From Microbotryum violaceum (Eukaryota): a DNA stretch of 64,000 nucleotides. The translations under genes and the position numbers were made by a program. Shown in pieces: positions 38,293 through 51,673 of this stretch. Location of the stretch: the NCBI GenBank assembly GCA_001244265.2, contig CDLV01000006.1, forward strand, positions 1,488,001 to 1,552,000. The letters are read 5' to 3'. The notes under the pieces are model-generated. The model did not search any database, was not told where the DNA came from, and saw only the letters and a list, made by a program, of their open reading frames with translations. Each line of letters begins with the position of its first letter. Position 1 is the first letter of the stretch.

Positions 38293-41200
38293 ATGAACGC
38301 CGTGAGTTCGCAGCACCATCCAGCGCACCTGTCTTCGGGCAACCAGCCGATCGGGGAGGGACAGAGTACTGATATCTATTAGCTGTGTTTATCGACAGTA
38401 CGACTCTGATGACGAGGACCTAGCCATCTACTCGCCCGGAAGGACCCCGGACCCGAACGCACAGCCGTACGGTCGCCGAGGTACCTCCACTGCCGCGCAG
38501 CAGCACTTTGCCTCCAACGCCGACCCCTTCGCGAACCAGAACGGCGTTTACGATAACACCTATGGAGGGCAGAGTCAGAACCCGGCTGCCTACGGAGGTG
38601 GTCAAGCCGCGAGTCGGTTCGGCCCGGCCGTCGATGCGAGTCATCCTTCTAACCGAGTCGCTCCTGCGCCCGCGGCGGGGAGATACGACAGCGAGATGTA
38701 TGATCCATTCTTGTGGGTGTCCCGAGAACAACTGTTGAGACTGAGAGACTCCCGTCGTATCTGTGCTCTCACTCACGCGCCTTCTTTTCGTGCGCAGTGA
38801 CGACGATGACCCAGCCGCTGGCTCACAACTTTCCCTGCCTTACGAGCGGCCCCAATTCGCCCGCGATGCCTCCAACTACTCGGGCCGGGCACCCCTCACC
38901 CAGAACGCTCAACTCCCCGCCGGCCACGGCCAAGGGCAGATCGGCGAACCAGCGTCGCGATCGGTGCAGAACGTGCTCGACCAGGATGACCCTGAGCTCG
39001 TGATGGCGCAGGCGCGTATCGCTGCTGCTCAGGCTCGGAAACGACCGGGGCAAGGTAAAGGTATTGTCCAAGAGTGGATCAGTGAAGCCAAGAGGATCAT
39101 CAAGGGATCGCCCAAGACCTACACGGGCGAGCGGCTGATTCATATCGGCAACCCGGCGATGAATGCGCCGAGCAAGTTCTCCAACAACTCGGTCAGCACG
39201 AGCAAATACAACCTCATCACGTTCCTCCCCAAGTTCTTCTTTGGTCAGTCCCTTCGGTAGCACTGGCTTGCTTCTATGCTCTGAGAAGGGTGATGATGGG
39301 CTGAAAACGTTGGCTCAACCCGAAACGCGCGCAGAACAATTCTCCAAATACGCCAACGTCTTCTTCTTGTTCACGGCATGCATCCAACAAATCCCCAACG
39401 TGTCACCGACAAATAGGTGGACGACGATCGCACCTCTCAGTCTCGTCTTGCTCGTCGCTGCGCTTAAAGAGATGCAGGAGGACATTGTGAGACATGCAAC
39501 CTGTGACTCGACGGGGTCTGCCTGTGCTGAGCACTTCTCACGCCCTTCCCTCATTAGAAACGACACCAATCGGACGCCGATCTCAACTCACGAAAGGCTA
39601 AAGTGCTCAACGGCGCCCATTTCGAGGACCGGGCGTGGCGCAACATCAAAGTTGGTGACATCGTGCGATTGGAGTCGAACGACTTTTTCCCCGCCGATCT
39701 CGTCTTGCTGAGTTCGAGTGAGCCCGAGGGACTGTGTTATATTGAGACGAGCAATTTGGACGGGTGAGCAACCGGACCCCTACACCGGACGAAGCGTGTT
39801 ATGCGTGCGACTGCTCACCCCTCTTTGATCTGCACAGCGAAACAAATCTCAAGATCAAGCAAGCCTCGCCGGTCACAGCAACTTTGACATCCCCACCTGC
39901 TGTGGCTCAGCTCATTGGCCAACTGCGGTCCGAGCAACCCAACAACTCACTGTATACTTTCGAAGCGACGCTCTCGATGAACAACCTCGGAAACCAAAAC
40001 GATGTTCCTCTGGGACCTGATCAAATCCTGCTTCGTGGTGCTCAGCTGCGCAACACAGCTTGGATGTACGGTCTCGTCGTCTTTACCGGTCACGAAACGA
40101 AGTTGATGCGCAACGCCACGGCGGCGCCGATCAAACGAACGGCGATGGAGAGGATGGTCAATGTGCAGATCTTGTTCCTCCTCGCCATTTTGATGACGTT
40201 GTCGATTGCCTGCGCGATCGGAAGTACACTGCGGAACCACATCTCGGCTGACCAGATGTGGTATCTGATGTTGGGGGAACGACCGATCTCGGCCAGGGCG
40301 TTCATCGAGGACGTCTTGACTTTTGTTTTGACGCTCAACAACTTGATCCCCATCTCGCTTATCGTCACGATGGAGGTCGTCAAGTTCCAGCAGGCCGCTC
40401 TCATCAATTCGGATTTGGGCGAGTCTTCTCGAGTGCGAGGTGAGAAATTTCATCGACTAATCATTCTTGATCCTCATGACCGCTCTAGACATGTACCACC
40501 CTGTTACGGATACCCCTGCGTTGTGTCGCACCTCTTCCCTCGTCGAAGAGCTTGGGCAGATCGAGTACATCTTTTCGGACAAGACGGGGACTTTAACGTG
40601 TAACGAGATGGAGTTTCGTCAATGCTCGATCGGTGGGATCCCTTACGCCGACGTCGTAGACGAATCAAGAAAGGGCGAGGTCTTTTCTTTTGCCGAGATG
40701 CGGGACAACCTCACGCAAGGGCACGAGACCGCGGCCGTCATTGAAGAGTTCTTGACTCTGCTCGCGACGTGCCATACCGTTATCCCGGAGGTCGGAAAGG
40801 AGGGCAAGATGACGTACCAAGCCTCAAGTCCCGATGAAGCGGCTTTAGTCGCCGGTGCGGATGTGTTGGGCTATCGATTCACCGTAAGTGCTCGTAACCG
40901 TGTGTTCACAATGTAGCCGGCGACTAACTTTACGGAATACGCAGACTCGCAAACCTCAATCGATCTACATCGAAGCCTTGGGCGAGAAGCGCGAGTACCA
41001 AGTCCTCAACATCCTCGAATTCAACTCTACCCGCAAGCGTATGTCGTCGATCGTTCGAGGTCCGGACGGCATTATTAAGCTGTTCTGCAAAGGTGCCGAC
41101 ACAGTCATCTTTGAACGCTTGTCGGGATCGGGCCAAGTGTTCACCGATTCAACGATGACCCAACTGGAGGAGTATGCGACTGAGGGTTTAAGGACGCTAT

Positions 41201-43245
41201 GCTTTGCCATGCGCGAAATTTCCGAGGACGAGTACAAAAAGTGGTCCGTTATCCACGACAAGGCTGCGGCGACCATCAACGGTCGTGGGGAAGCGTTGGA
41301 GAAGGCGGCCGAGATCATCGAGAAGGATCTGTTCCTTCTGGGCGCGACGGCCATCGAGGATAAGCTGCAAGAGGGTGTGCCAGATACGATCTACACCTTG
41401 CAACAAGCCGGGATCAAAATTTGGGTCTTAACGGGTGATCGACAGGAAACAGCGATCAACATCGGTTTGTCGTGTCGCTTGATCTCGGAATCGATGAGTT
41501 TGGTTATCGTCAATGAGACGAATGCGCATGATACCAAGGACTTTTTGACGAAGCGATTGGAGGCGGTCAAGAACTCGAGGAATGCGGGTGACTTTGAAGA
41601 GTTGGCGTTGGTCATTGATGGCAAGAGTCTGGGCTTTGCCCTGGAGAAGGACATGAACAAGACTTTCCTCGAGCTTGCGGTCATGTGCAAAGCTGTCGTT
41701 TGCTGTAAGTTGACGTGATCATTTTGTATCGTTTTCCAACCCGCTGACAAGCACATTCTCTCGAATCGCAGGCCGTGTCTCGCCGCTCCAAAAGGCGCTC
41801 GTCGTCAAGCTCGTCAAGAAGAATCTCAAGGCCATCTTGCTCGCCATTGGCGATGGAGCGAACGACGTCTCGATGATCCAAGCCGCCCACGTTGGCGTCG
41901 GTATCTCGGGTGTCGAAGGCTTGCAAGCGGCTCGCTCGGCCGATGTGGCGATCTCGCAGTTCCGCTTCTTGAAGAAGCTGCTGCTCGTTCACGGCACTTG
42001 GTCATACCAGCGGTTGAGCAAGTTGATTCTGTATTCGTTCTACAAGAACATCGCGCTTTACATGACTGGCTTCTGGGTAAGCAAGAGCCGGGCATCCGAA
42101 TATTAAAGCGAGTCGTGCGCTCGAATGCTGATCCAAATTATCCCGGCTGTTTCTTCAGTTCGCGTTCCAAAACTCTTTCTCCGGCCAAGTCATCGTCGAA
42201 TCGTGGACATTGACCTTTTACAACGTGCTCTTTACCGTCTTACCGCCCGTTGTGCTCGGTGTCTTTGACCAATTCGTCGGTGCTCGAATGCTCGATCGTT
42301 ACCCAGAGTTGTACAAGCTCGGACAACAGAACAAATTCGTGAGCCTCACGCCTATCATGATGATCCCTGTCACTTGGCAAGCTGACTCTAGATTGTACGT
42401 GGCGCCCCACAGTTCTCCGTGCGGATCTTTTGGCAATGGATCGCCAGTGCGTTGGCTCACTCGTTCATCATCTACGCCGTCACCGTAGCCATCTTCTGGG
42501 GCGACTTGATCCTACCGCAAGGATGGGTCGGCGGTGAATGGATGTGGGGCACAACCCTTTACCTCGCTGCTCTTCTCGCTGTCCTCGCCAAGGCCGCTTT
42601 GATCTCGGACATTTGGACCAAGTACACCGTGTTGGCTATCCCGGGATCGTTCGTCTTCACCATGATCTTCCTCCCCATCTATGCCCTCATCGCACCGTTA
42701 CTAGGGTTTTCACTCGAGTACACCGGTATCGTACCGAGGCTGTGGGCATCCCTCGTGTTCTGGATGACCATCTTGGGCTTGCCGGTACTGTTGCTCACCC
42801 GAGACTTTGCCTGGAAATCGTCGGTCGAAGCTCGCTTAATTCGTTGCGGTGGCCCCTTACTGATCAAAGAGATTTGATTTGGCAGGTACAAACGGCTGTT
42901 CCAACCCGAGCCGTATCACATTGTTCAAGAGATCCAAAAATACAACCTACCAGGTAAGCATCGCTGGTCCTTCGGAGGGTACAGCCTGATATTGATGCGG
43001 CCAAGAACCAGATTATCGACCACGAATGGAGCAGTTTCAGAAGGCCATCAAGAAGGTGCGCGCCGTCCAGCGTTTGCGACGGAATCGGGGCTTTGCTTTC
43101 TCACAGTGAGTCTCCATCGTCGCCAGTGCTGGAAAATAGTCCTTCGAATTGACATTGAACTTGCTGTGCCTCTCGTAGGACCGAGGATGGACAAGAAGCC
43201 GTCATCCGAGCTTACGACACGACCAAAGCCAAATTGGCTGGTTGA
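38293..43245 (+). CDS. DRS2: P4-type ATPase phospholipid flippase Drs2, multi-exon
   Basis: [35 protein letters not shown], phosphorylation motif [43 protein letters not shown] and the C-terminal autoinhibitory RGFAFSQ. The first exon MNA at 38293 is inferred. Confidence 0.95.
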
Positions 43246-43469
43246 TCCTTCCCTCCATACTCGCCCTTCCTATCCCATGGATATACGTGTTGTCTTTGTT
43301 GGGCTGGTACTTTCAACTTTTTGATACGAACGATCTGTTATCTCACCTTTTCAAGTGCAGTGCAACCCTCTTTTTCTGGTACCTTCATGCTTTTCTCAGT
43401 GTCACTTCAAACTGTAGAATTTGTTTCCGCACCATCTCTCCTCGCCCTCAGTAGTCATTACTACCTCTT

Positions 43470-45905
43470 TATTACCCTAACTAGTAAAAAGAAGTGTCGA
43501 TCCGCGACCCATGTACGACCTTTTCTGCATTTTCTGGACCATAAAAGTCGAACTACAGCCCGATTAGGATTTTTCTCCAATTATGGTGTGGATGAGCGGT
43601 ATATGCAGTATTTATGTATAGCAAGCGCGTGGGTTTGCATGACACTTCTACAGAGGTCAGGCGTGGTCCCGCTGTCGTTGACGCGCGGGCGCGGGCGGGG
43701 CTAACACTGCGCGATGAGCGCCATCAATCACGTGACGTATCGCTGCCAGTGCGACATCGGTTTTAGGGGCTCAACGTTCAACAACAACATGAGGTTCGAG
43801 GGGCTTTAAATAATACTGTGCCCCTCTAAGCCTTGCCTTTTTCTTGCCACTTTTTGGTGACACTCATTCAAGGCGAAACCCTCGGCACTACGCCCCGCCG
43901 GTCCCAAGGTCGTCAGGGAGGGCCATCACAACCTCGCCGAGTCTTGGGCGCGAGGGTAGCCCCGTATCTTACGCCGCCCCGCGGCTCGACCCTCCTCTTC
44001 GTCCCGCTCCGATCAACAGAATCAGCTCCCCGCGCGTGATGACAACCACCCGACCGATCTTGGTATTACGACCCGTATAAGCGTCCACCGTACAGCTGTG
44101 CAGAAGGGACAGCGTGGTCAGCGACTCCGCGCGATGGCCGACCCGACGCTGAACGCGACTGTTTCCTGAGTTGGAGCGTGCGAATACCTGCTTTTCGGCG
44201 AAGTGCTCGCCTCGACTCGCCTCGCGCGCAACCCCCACGGCCCCACCCCCCACCACCACCTCCTCATGCGCAAAGGCGCGTGCGCAGGTCTCGAATCGCG
44301 CTCAAACCCCTCAAGCCCCACGTTTTCGCAGGGCAAGGTGCGGCTACCTCCCCCTCCCCAGCCCAATCTCGAGTATCGGCAGCTTCTTCAAGGCTCGGAT
44401 AGCGGTCAGTTGCTCCGTCCAACAACATCTCTCTGCAGTATGGCCCACATGCTGAACTGTGTGATGCACCTACACAGACTCTAAAGCATTCCGCGAGAAT
44501 GCCCGGTCTTACAATAACGCGTTGTCCTTTACTTCGCTCGCTGCCTACTGCTGGGACCAAACCCAAGTGGGCACTCTAGGACCTCCCGTGTTTCGCGTGT
44601 TCGGCCGCCTCTATCATTGACTCGGTGCCCTGATCCCTGCCGTGAATCAACGCCCAGCCTTTGCTCAGACATGGCTCATCGACCCGGCGACAACTCAACT
44701 TGGACCCGACAGCCCAGAAGCCCAGACCGACGCTACAAAGATCTACGTTGACCAAGCTCGAGTCCAAGTTGCGTACCGACAATCGCTTTGTCAGGGAGTT
44801 TGCATCGGCCAAAGCTCGCGCAGATTGGGATACGGCCAAATAGTGGATCCTGCGCCTCTGTATACCACTAGGCCGAGGCCGGGGCACCCACAACCTTCCT
44901 ACGGCAAGCACGGAAATGGCGATGCTTATCTGCGATTCCGACACCATCATGGGAGATCGTGCACCGCAAGACCTTCTCCAGGTGCACGGTGATCAATGTC
45001 CCGATGGTCGGCCCAGTTACCAAATCGTTAGCTCGCTCCATCCGTCTGCGATGCCTCTCCGGTACACACTACTCTTCCCCGCGGGTGAAGATGGCTTCCA
45101 CCCTAACATTCCTCTTTGCGCGTTCAACCAAGTTGGGCCACTCTCTGCCAAAAGACCGCGACGAGGAGGAAGGGGACGAAGAGAATGGTGATGGTGAACG
45201 TAAGCGTCTTTGGCTCCTTCTCGGGTGTTCCATTCTGTTAAGGCGCGAGCACAGATTGATATCGAATGTTTGAACACCTAGGACGAAGGTCAAGTACATG
45301 GGGCCGAGGTGGCGAGCCTCGCGTTCACAATTCCTTTGCGTACTACTTGCACGAACGCGAAGAGCCCGCATGGCAGTCAACGTCCCTTCCCAGCGTTCGT
45401 GATCGAAGGATACTCCCAGGTTGAGACCGACTCAACTACATCCGGTTGCATCAAGAAAACCTACGCCTCACCACGGCCCAAGGCATCAACGGCTTGACCC
45501 CGGACCAAATTGGACGCTCGATGACTTTGGGCTCGATGTTCAAGAATAGACCGCGCGACATCATGCAGCGATACCAGGATGCGATGGCGTGCGTTGTCAA
45601 ACATGGAAAGCCTACGCTGCTCATCACGATGACGTGCGACCCCGAATCACCGGAATCAAGACTGCACTGGGGCCGAACGACAAAGCATGCAACCGTCCGG
45701 ATCTCATTGCACGAGTGTTTGAAGCCAAGTCCGGCAACAAGCGACATGCAGGCTGTTCGGCGATGAATGTAGGATGATTGGATTTTGTTTCTTTGCTGTA
45801 CTTCGTCTTGGGTTATTTTAACCTCTGCGCTGAAATCATGTAGACTGTTCAATTATCCTGCTATTTGAATTACATCTTCCCGTTAATTTAACGGGTTCCC
45901 ACTGG
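43470..45905 (+). mobile_element. Decayed non-autonomous Helitron (RepHel N-terminal part only)
   Basis: SQGKVRLPPPPQP, RENARSYNNALSFTSL, FRVFGRLYH*LGALIP, SLHPSAMPLRYTLLFPAGEDGFH, QRYQDAMACVVKHGKPTLLITMTC and RPDLIARVFEAK, truncated ~45730, with stops and frameshifts. 3' hairpin CCCGTTAATTTAACGGG (45879-45895), then CTGG^T (45902-45906). The 5' end is approximate. Confidence 0.88.
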
Positions 45906-45988
45906 TTGTCTTTGAAGGAATGTACAACTAGTCTCCAAGCCAGGGCAGATATGAAGCTACCGCAAACGAGTCGCAAAGGGGAAGATCC

Positions 45989-48240
45989 TCACTCTTCATC
46001 GATCTCGTGCTCTTCTTCCTCCTCCTCCTCCTGCTCTTCCTCGTCCTCATCCACACCGGCATCCTCATCCGCATCCTCATCCGTTCCCTCTCCCATCCCA
46101 ATCGGACTCTCGGACCTCCCTCCCATGCCTATCGGACTCTCGGACCTCCCTCCCATGCCTATCGGACTCTCGGACCTCCCTCCCATCCCAATCTCCACCA
46201 TCCCAATCTTCTTCCTCAACCTCGCCGACCTCTGATCCTCCGGTTCTTTCTTCTCCTTGGCTCGAACCTTGCCTCGATTCCTCTCCCAAGGCAAACGAGC
46301 ACTAACACCACCCATCGAAACTCGGGGTCGATAACCTGCTCTCGGTTTCGTCTTGATCGTTGTCGTGGGGAAAGTCGAGCCATCTTCCTCGTCGTCTCCA
46401 CTAGGTCCAGCACTTGCACTCTCTCTCCGACCTTTCCCCTTCCCTTTCAGCTCCCCACCTTCCTCCTCCCCACCAACCCCCGCACCCCCCGTCGTCATCG
46501 TCGTAGTACTAACCGCGAACCTCTCCCTCGGATCGCCCAACAAATCCCTACACTGTTCACTACCCACGATGATCCCATTGACCAAACCCGCAAACTTCCT
46601 CTTCAAGACCAACCTCATCTGTTCGAAGTAAGGGCGCTTGTACCAACCCTCCAAATCGGCTGAACAAGTCTCGGCGATCGCTTCAGGGGAATGAATGAGT
46701 TCGACCAAGAGGGGATCGGAAATGTCGATAAGCTGAAAGTTGGCGATGGGGGAATAGAGGTTTTGACCATCGAAGGTATGGGATGATTTCGACTTGGACG
46801 TCGTTAACGAAGATGATGCCGCACCGGGAATGATGGAGAGTCCCGCTGCGGGTGCTTTGGAGCGTACGTTGAGTTGGTTGCGCAGGACGATGTGTTGGTA
46901 CAGACGCGCTTCGACGTGTTGACGAGGGTCGTAGGAAAATCTGATGACGAGTTCTTTGAAAGGACCGTCTTGGAACGAATAGGAGACCATGGGGATCGCC
47001 GTCTTTCGACTGGTGAGCGAGGAAAACAGGCAGACTGATCAGCTTCTGGGAGTCACAGGAGAACGCATCGTAAAGCAACCAGGACTGACTTTTGGATGGT
47101 TCTCAACTCTTGCTCGCTCAATTGATTCAATAAGCTTTGCCTCGTCCAAACCGGTCTTCGTTCGAGATAAGCCAACAACTTGATCTCGAGCGCATCGTGG
47201 GTCCTTCTCCCCACGACTTGCAACAATTCGGGCGTGGGTTCGGAGGGGACCGTCGGGGAACTGTGGGGTATGGTCGTGTGGGGTTTGGTCTTGTAGCGAG
47301 TTGAACTGGCGAGACGAAGGACTTCTTGGCCCGAGGGGCGGATCGAGGTCGTCGGGACCGTGCGAGCCGCCGGTTTGTACCTATTGGTGTCGTGCGTCAA
47401 TGGGCAGGTCAGTTTCGACTGTCAAGGGCAGCAAGAGAGGCGACGAGGAAACTGACTCGTATTTGAGGGGGACGGTGTGGCGCGCAAAGATGGGCGGTGG
47501 TAAGAAAAGATCGTCGGTAAAGTTCTCGTTAGGTTCGGGTAGTCGATAATCGAGGATTGCATCGACTGCATGGTGGACAGGGGATTAGCGGGGAGGTTTG
47601 AGCCATCGGGTTCAGATCTACTGGCGGTCTGTTGCGCTCACTGTCCATCGCTCTGACGGCATTTGCGATCTGCACGGCCGGATCTTGTTGGTTGACTTGG
47701 ACTTTGAAGTCGGCGGTGGCTGCGATGGATCGAGTCGAGGGACGGGGACGGGGAGGGGGAGGGGCGCGTCGAGGCACGTGATGTCAGCGACGCGTGCGGA
47801 GGAGTGAGCGATTCCCAATAGGACACACCCCTGAAGCGTATGTTCTGACTGGCCACTCCGAGTGGTTCAATCGAATAGATTCCTTGTTCGACGATGTTGC
47901 CCTCTGCATCGCGCAAAGGTCGCTTTCGCCTCCGTCTGGTAAGGCGCAAGACGATGTTACCGCTCGAAACGATGGTCGCCGGGACGGGATGGGTGTACAC
48001 GCCTTTAGGTCCCCGGTTCAGTTGCAACTCGATCGCATTCTTGGGCGTGTTGTCGCTCGGGTTCAACAACGCTTCGGAGAGATGCTTGAGGCCTCCTACG
48101 GCTTCGAGCGCGCGGTCGAGCCGACGAACGGGACCGGGAAACTCGATCGCGGCAAAGTGTTGGGTCACGGGCACTCGTAGGTGCGTCGATGGTCGGGCTG
48201 GGTCTTTTGCTGGGCCTTTACCTTTGTTGAGAGTGTCCAT
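45989..48240 (-). CDS. TFC1: RNA polymerase III transcription factor TFIIIC subunit tau95 (Tfc1/GTF3C5), multi-exon
   Basis: FAAIEFPGPVRRLDRALEAVGG, HPVPA..GNIVLRL, IRFR|..ADF, DLFLPPPIF, ERRPVWTRQSL, SYSFQDGPFKELVIRFSYDPR, FQLIDISDP and GWY, followed by an acidic C-terminal tail. Confidence 0.9.
46091..46193. repeat. 30-nt coding tandem repeat (~3.4 copies) in the TFC1 tail, encoding GMGGRSESPI
   Basis: Unit tcccat(c/g)cc(a/t)atcggactctcggacctccc at 46091, 46121 and 46151, with a partial copy at 46181. Confidence 0.95.
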
Positions 48241-48559
48241 CGTCGGCTCACCGTGGGTGGGGATGGAGGCGAGGAGCTGAGGCGGTGAGGGCGGGTCAAT
48301 GTGGGGTGGGTGAATGCGCGAGAGAGGGAGAGGGAGGGGCGCGTGTCAGCGCGTGTCTGGGCCGGAAATGGCACATGGGCGGTAAGGGTTTTATTTATTT
48401 ATTTGATAGACTTCATTAACAACATAATTATATTAATACCTAGAAATCTTCGGAAAAGTCGGAGGGAATCTGTTACGCACACTGGCAGAAGCCAGTAGTG
48501 TAGGACTCATTGACCCTGAACCATGATCAACCATACCCACTAAAACCCCCTTTGGTGTC

Positions 48560-51500
48560 TTACAGAGACACTAGGCGACCCTTGGACTCCTGGATAGAGG
48601 CTCGAAGCCCCTCGGACTCCGTTTCGGTGATCGGTTCCAAAAGATCCGACGAGAATCGACGACGGCGACAGAGCTTCCAGATCGAGTGAAAAAAGAGGAC
48701 TCGTAGTTCGACAAGTCGACGTTCCGAGCGAGACACGACCGGGCACACAAAGTCCACAAAGACTGGGTGGGGGGTCGGGGACAGAGCAGACCAGAGGCGC
48801 CGGGCAAATGGGCAGCCGACCACGAGGTGAACCAGGCACTCGGGTGCTTCCGAGAGGCACATCACACAGGAGGTAGATCGATTGTTGGGATGTGGGCTGG
48901 TTGGGGAGGCGACTTGGCTTCCCGGATGGAGGGACCCCAGGGAGAGAAGATGGCCGGTATCCTCGGCGTCCGAGTGAACCCGGCGAACCTTGCGCAAAGC
49001 CTTCCACCAAGCGTTCCAGCGTTGCTCAGGCAGATCGAATACCTTTTGGTGTCCCTTGGGGAAGATAGGGGGGAAGATGAAGACTTGGTGGCGTTTGGAC
49101 GCGTTCACAAACGAAGACGGGGTCATCACCTCGCCATCGGGCCCTCGAAAAAGCGTCGGGTTTACCGAGAGTTGTATTCCGTGGCCCGCTGGGAAATAGA
49201 GTACGTGCGTCGCCCATTGCTCGAGGTTCTGGCTCTTGAAGAGTTCCGGGGGATTGAGCGTGGTCACCAACACCCAGGCTTCGAAGTATCGGACCCAACG
49301 AACAGGAAGAAGTTTTGTCGTTTTTCTCACCACATGGTCCCACTTTGGGGGAGGATGGCAAAATTATGCCCACCAGATCCAAATCCAAGGGCAACGATGC
49401 TGGTTGGGGGCCGGTCTGGACAAGGTGAAAGGGGTTGGTTCGTTTGGTGCCTGGAGGCGGATGCGGATGTCGAAGAGGTGGCGTGTGAAGCAGCCGTCCG
49501 GGGCCCGGAGCTGGAAGACCCACTTCGCGCGATCGATTGCTAGACGCCGAGGCAGATCAATCAAACCGAAGCCGCCGTGATCAAGAGGGGTGCAGAGGCG
49601 CGACCGGGAGACCTTCGGACGTCGCTGAGTACCATCCGAAGCTCGACCGTGAATGGCGAGCATGGCGGCCTCCTCGATCTCCTTGACAACGCTCTTGGGG
49701 GCGGGAAGGAATCGGCTGTAGTACCAGATCTTTGTGTAGCAGTAGATGTTGATGATCGAACACTTGGCTGCATATGGGAGATCGTACATCGGAATCGAGC
49801 GTATCCGAGCGATGGTCGAGGCCTTGACATCTTCCCAGCCCGCATCCTCGGCGATCTCCACCCCGACCTGAATACCAAGGTAGCGAAACTGCGAATCGCT
49901 GAGACGCCAGGTCCCGAGATCTGGGGCGATCGACCGATCCCGAAAAGCTCCAAGGGGGTAGAGGAAAGATTTGACGTTGCTGAGCTTGCTGGCACTTGCC
50001 CGTTCGTAAAGCTCGATCGCCCGATTGAGGTGGTCGAGGTCCGAGAGGTTGTGGAGTGCGCAGCAAGCGTCGTCGGCAAAAAGGAGTTCACGAACGTTTT
50101 GGAGGCCCGCAATATCGATGCCCTTGACTCTCAATCGAATCTGACAGGCAAAACCTTCGATCGCCAGGACGAAGAGAGACGGAGCCAAAGGATCACCTTG
50201 CCGAACGCCCGACAGGATGTCGAAAGTGGCAGAGAGCCAACCGTTGAGGAAGATCGAGGCAGATTGGTTGGTGTAGGTCGCTCGGTACCATTGGCGGGCT
50301 TTGGGGCCGAGGCCAACGGCGCAGAGGAACGCCTCTTGAGCCTTTGTCATCTCCTCCAACGGGTACGCTTCCTCGAGCTTGAGTGAGTCCGCGGGGAGAG
50401 GCGAGTTGAAGCGAGGCCGTCGATGACCGCCTTCAGGACCGCGTCATCGATGGGGCGGTCCTCTAGACCCGCTCGAAGTAGTCGCCGGCCGCTCCAAGCA
50501 TCGAATCAGGGTCGGAATGAACAACATCGTTGACCGTGAGCGAAGGGATCAGGTCGGATGCTCGCACTTTGGGCAGGCGGACGAAGATGGAAGAGGGACC
50601 CGCCAGAGATGGGTCGAGGCGGGACCGCAGGGCCGCGCCGTAGCGCGAGTGGTCAGCCCTCTCTTGCTCCGACCCGCCACGACGGAACCGAGCGAAAGTC
50701 CGGGCCAGAGCCTGCAGCTCGGGCAGCAGGCGGTGTTTGGTGGACGTCCAAGCTGCTGGTGGATCGTTGGGCGTCTGGAGGAGGGCTTTGTTGTAAAGGG
50801 TGCGGACAATGGAGGTGAGGTACTCGCAGGTCGCGTCGCCCTCGATCACGTGCAAACCCAGCTTGAATCTGCCCGGACCGATGTCGGTTGCGCCCGGCAC
50901 TTGGAACCGTGCCACAACCATTGAGTGCGTCGATTTGAGGACAGGAGCCCAAATTTTGTGATCATGGAAGAGGTCGACCCAATCAGGCGAGACATAGATG
51001 CGGTCAAGGCGACGGCACGTGCCGGGCGCTGAGCGATTCGTCGTGGCTCGTCCTTTGGGATGATGGAGCCGATAGACGTCGAAAAGATTGTTGGCCGTGG
51101 CAAGGTCGCGCATCTCCTGACCCCCATAATTCCTTCCGTTTTGGTTCTCCGAATCGAGGGGCTGGGACTCAACACAATTCCAGTCCCCCCCGACTAGGAG
51201 CGCAGGCGGCGAGGGTTCGTCACGTACAACTTGTCGGAGGGCGGTGCTGAGGTGTGAGAGGAAGCGTTTTTTGTCTGGCTTGTCGGAGGAAGGCGCGTAT
51301 ATTGATACAACCCGGACTTTTGAACCACCCACACAAAAGGTGGCGTCGGTGACTCGGTCCGGGAAAGAGAAAGAGGCACGAAGAGTGTTTGGAGGCGACT
51401 CGGGATCAAAAGTAATGACCACGGAGTCGCTCTTCCAAAGTATGGCAGTGTTGTTGAAAGGAGTGAAAAGAGCGGAGAGCTTTAAGTCTTGGCACTCCTG

Positions 51501-51673
51501 AGTCCACTGGGCCACCCTTTCGGGGAAGGTCGGCCAGTTTCGCTCAGGAGAAAGACGTCGGCGTTATGGGAGCGGAGATTGGAGAAAAGAGAGGCACGCT
51601 TACGGTCTTCATTGATTGACTGCACGTTGGCAGCAACAAAAGACACGTTTGGGATTTTAGTTGTGCTCATCAT
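48560..51673 (-). pseudogene. LINE ORF2 (AP endonuclease - reverse transcriptase - CCHC zinc finger), frameshifted and internally deleted
   Basis: APE motifs AANVQSIN, FLLSET, VVSIYAP, VGGDWNC, RRLDRIYVS and STHSMV. RT motifs SGVRQGDPLAPSLF, LLFADD and FRYLGI, then PLDHGGFGL. C-terminal CVMC...HLVVGC. Confidence 0.92.
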
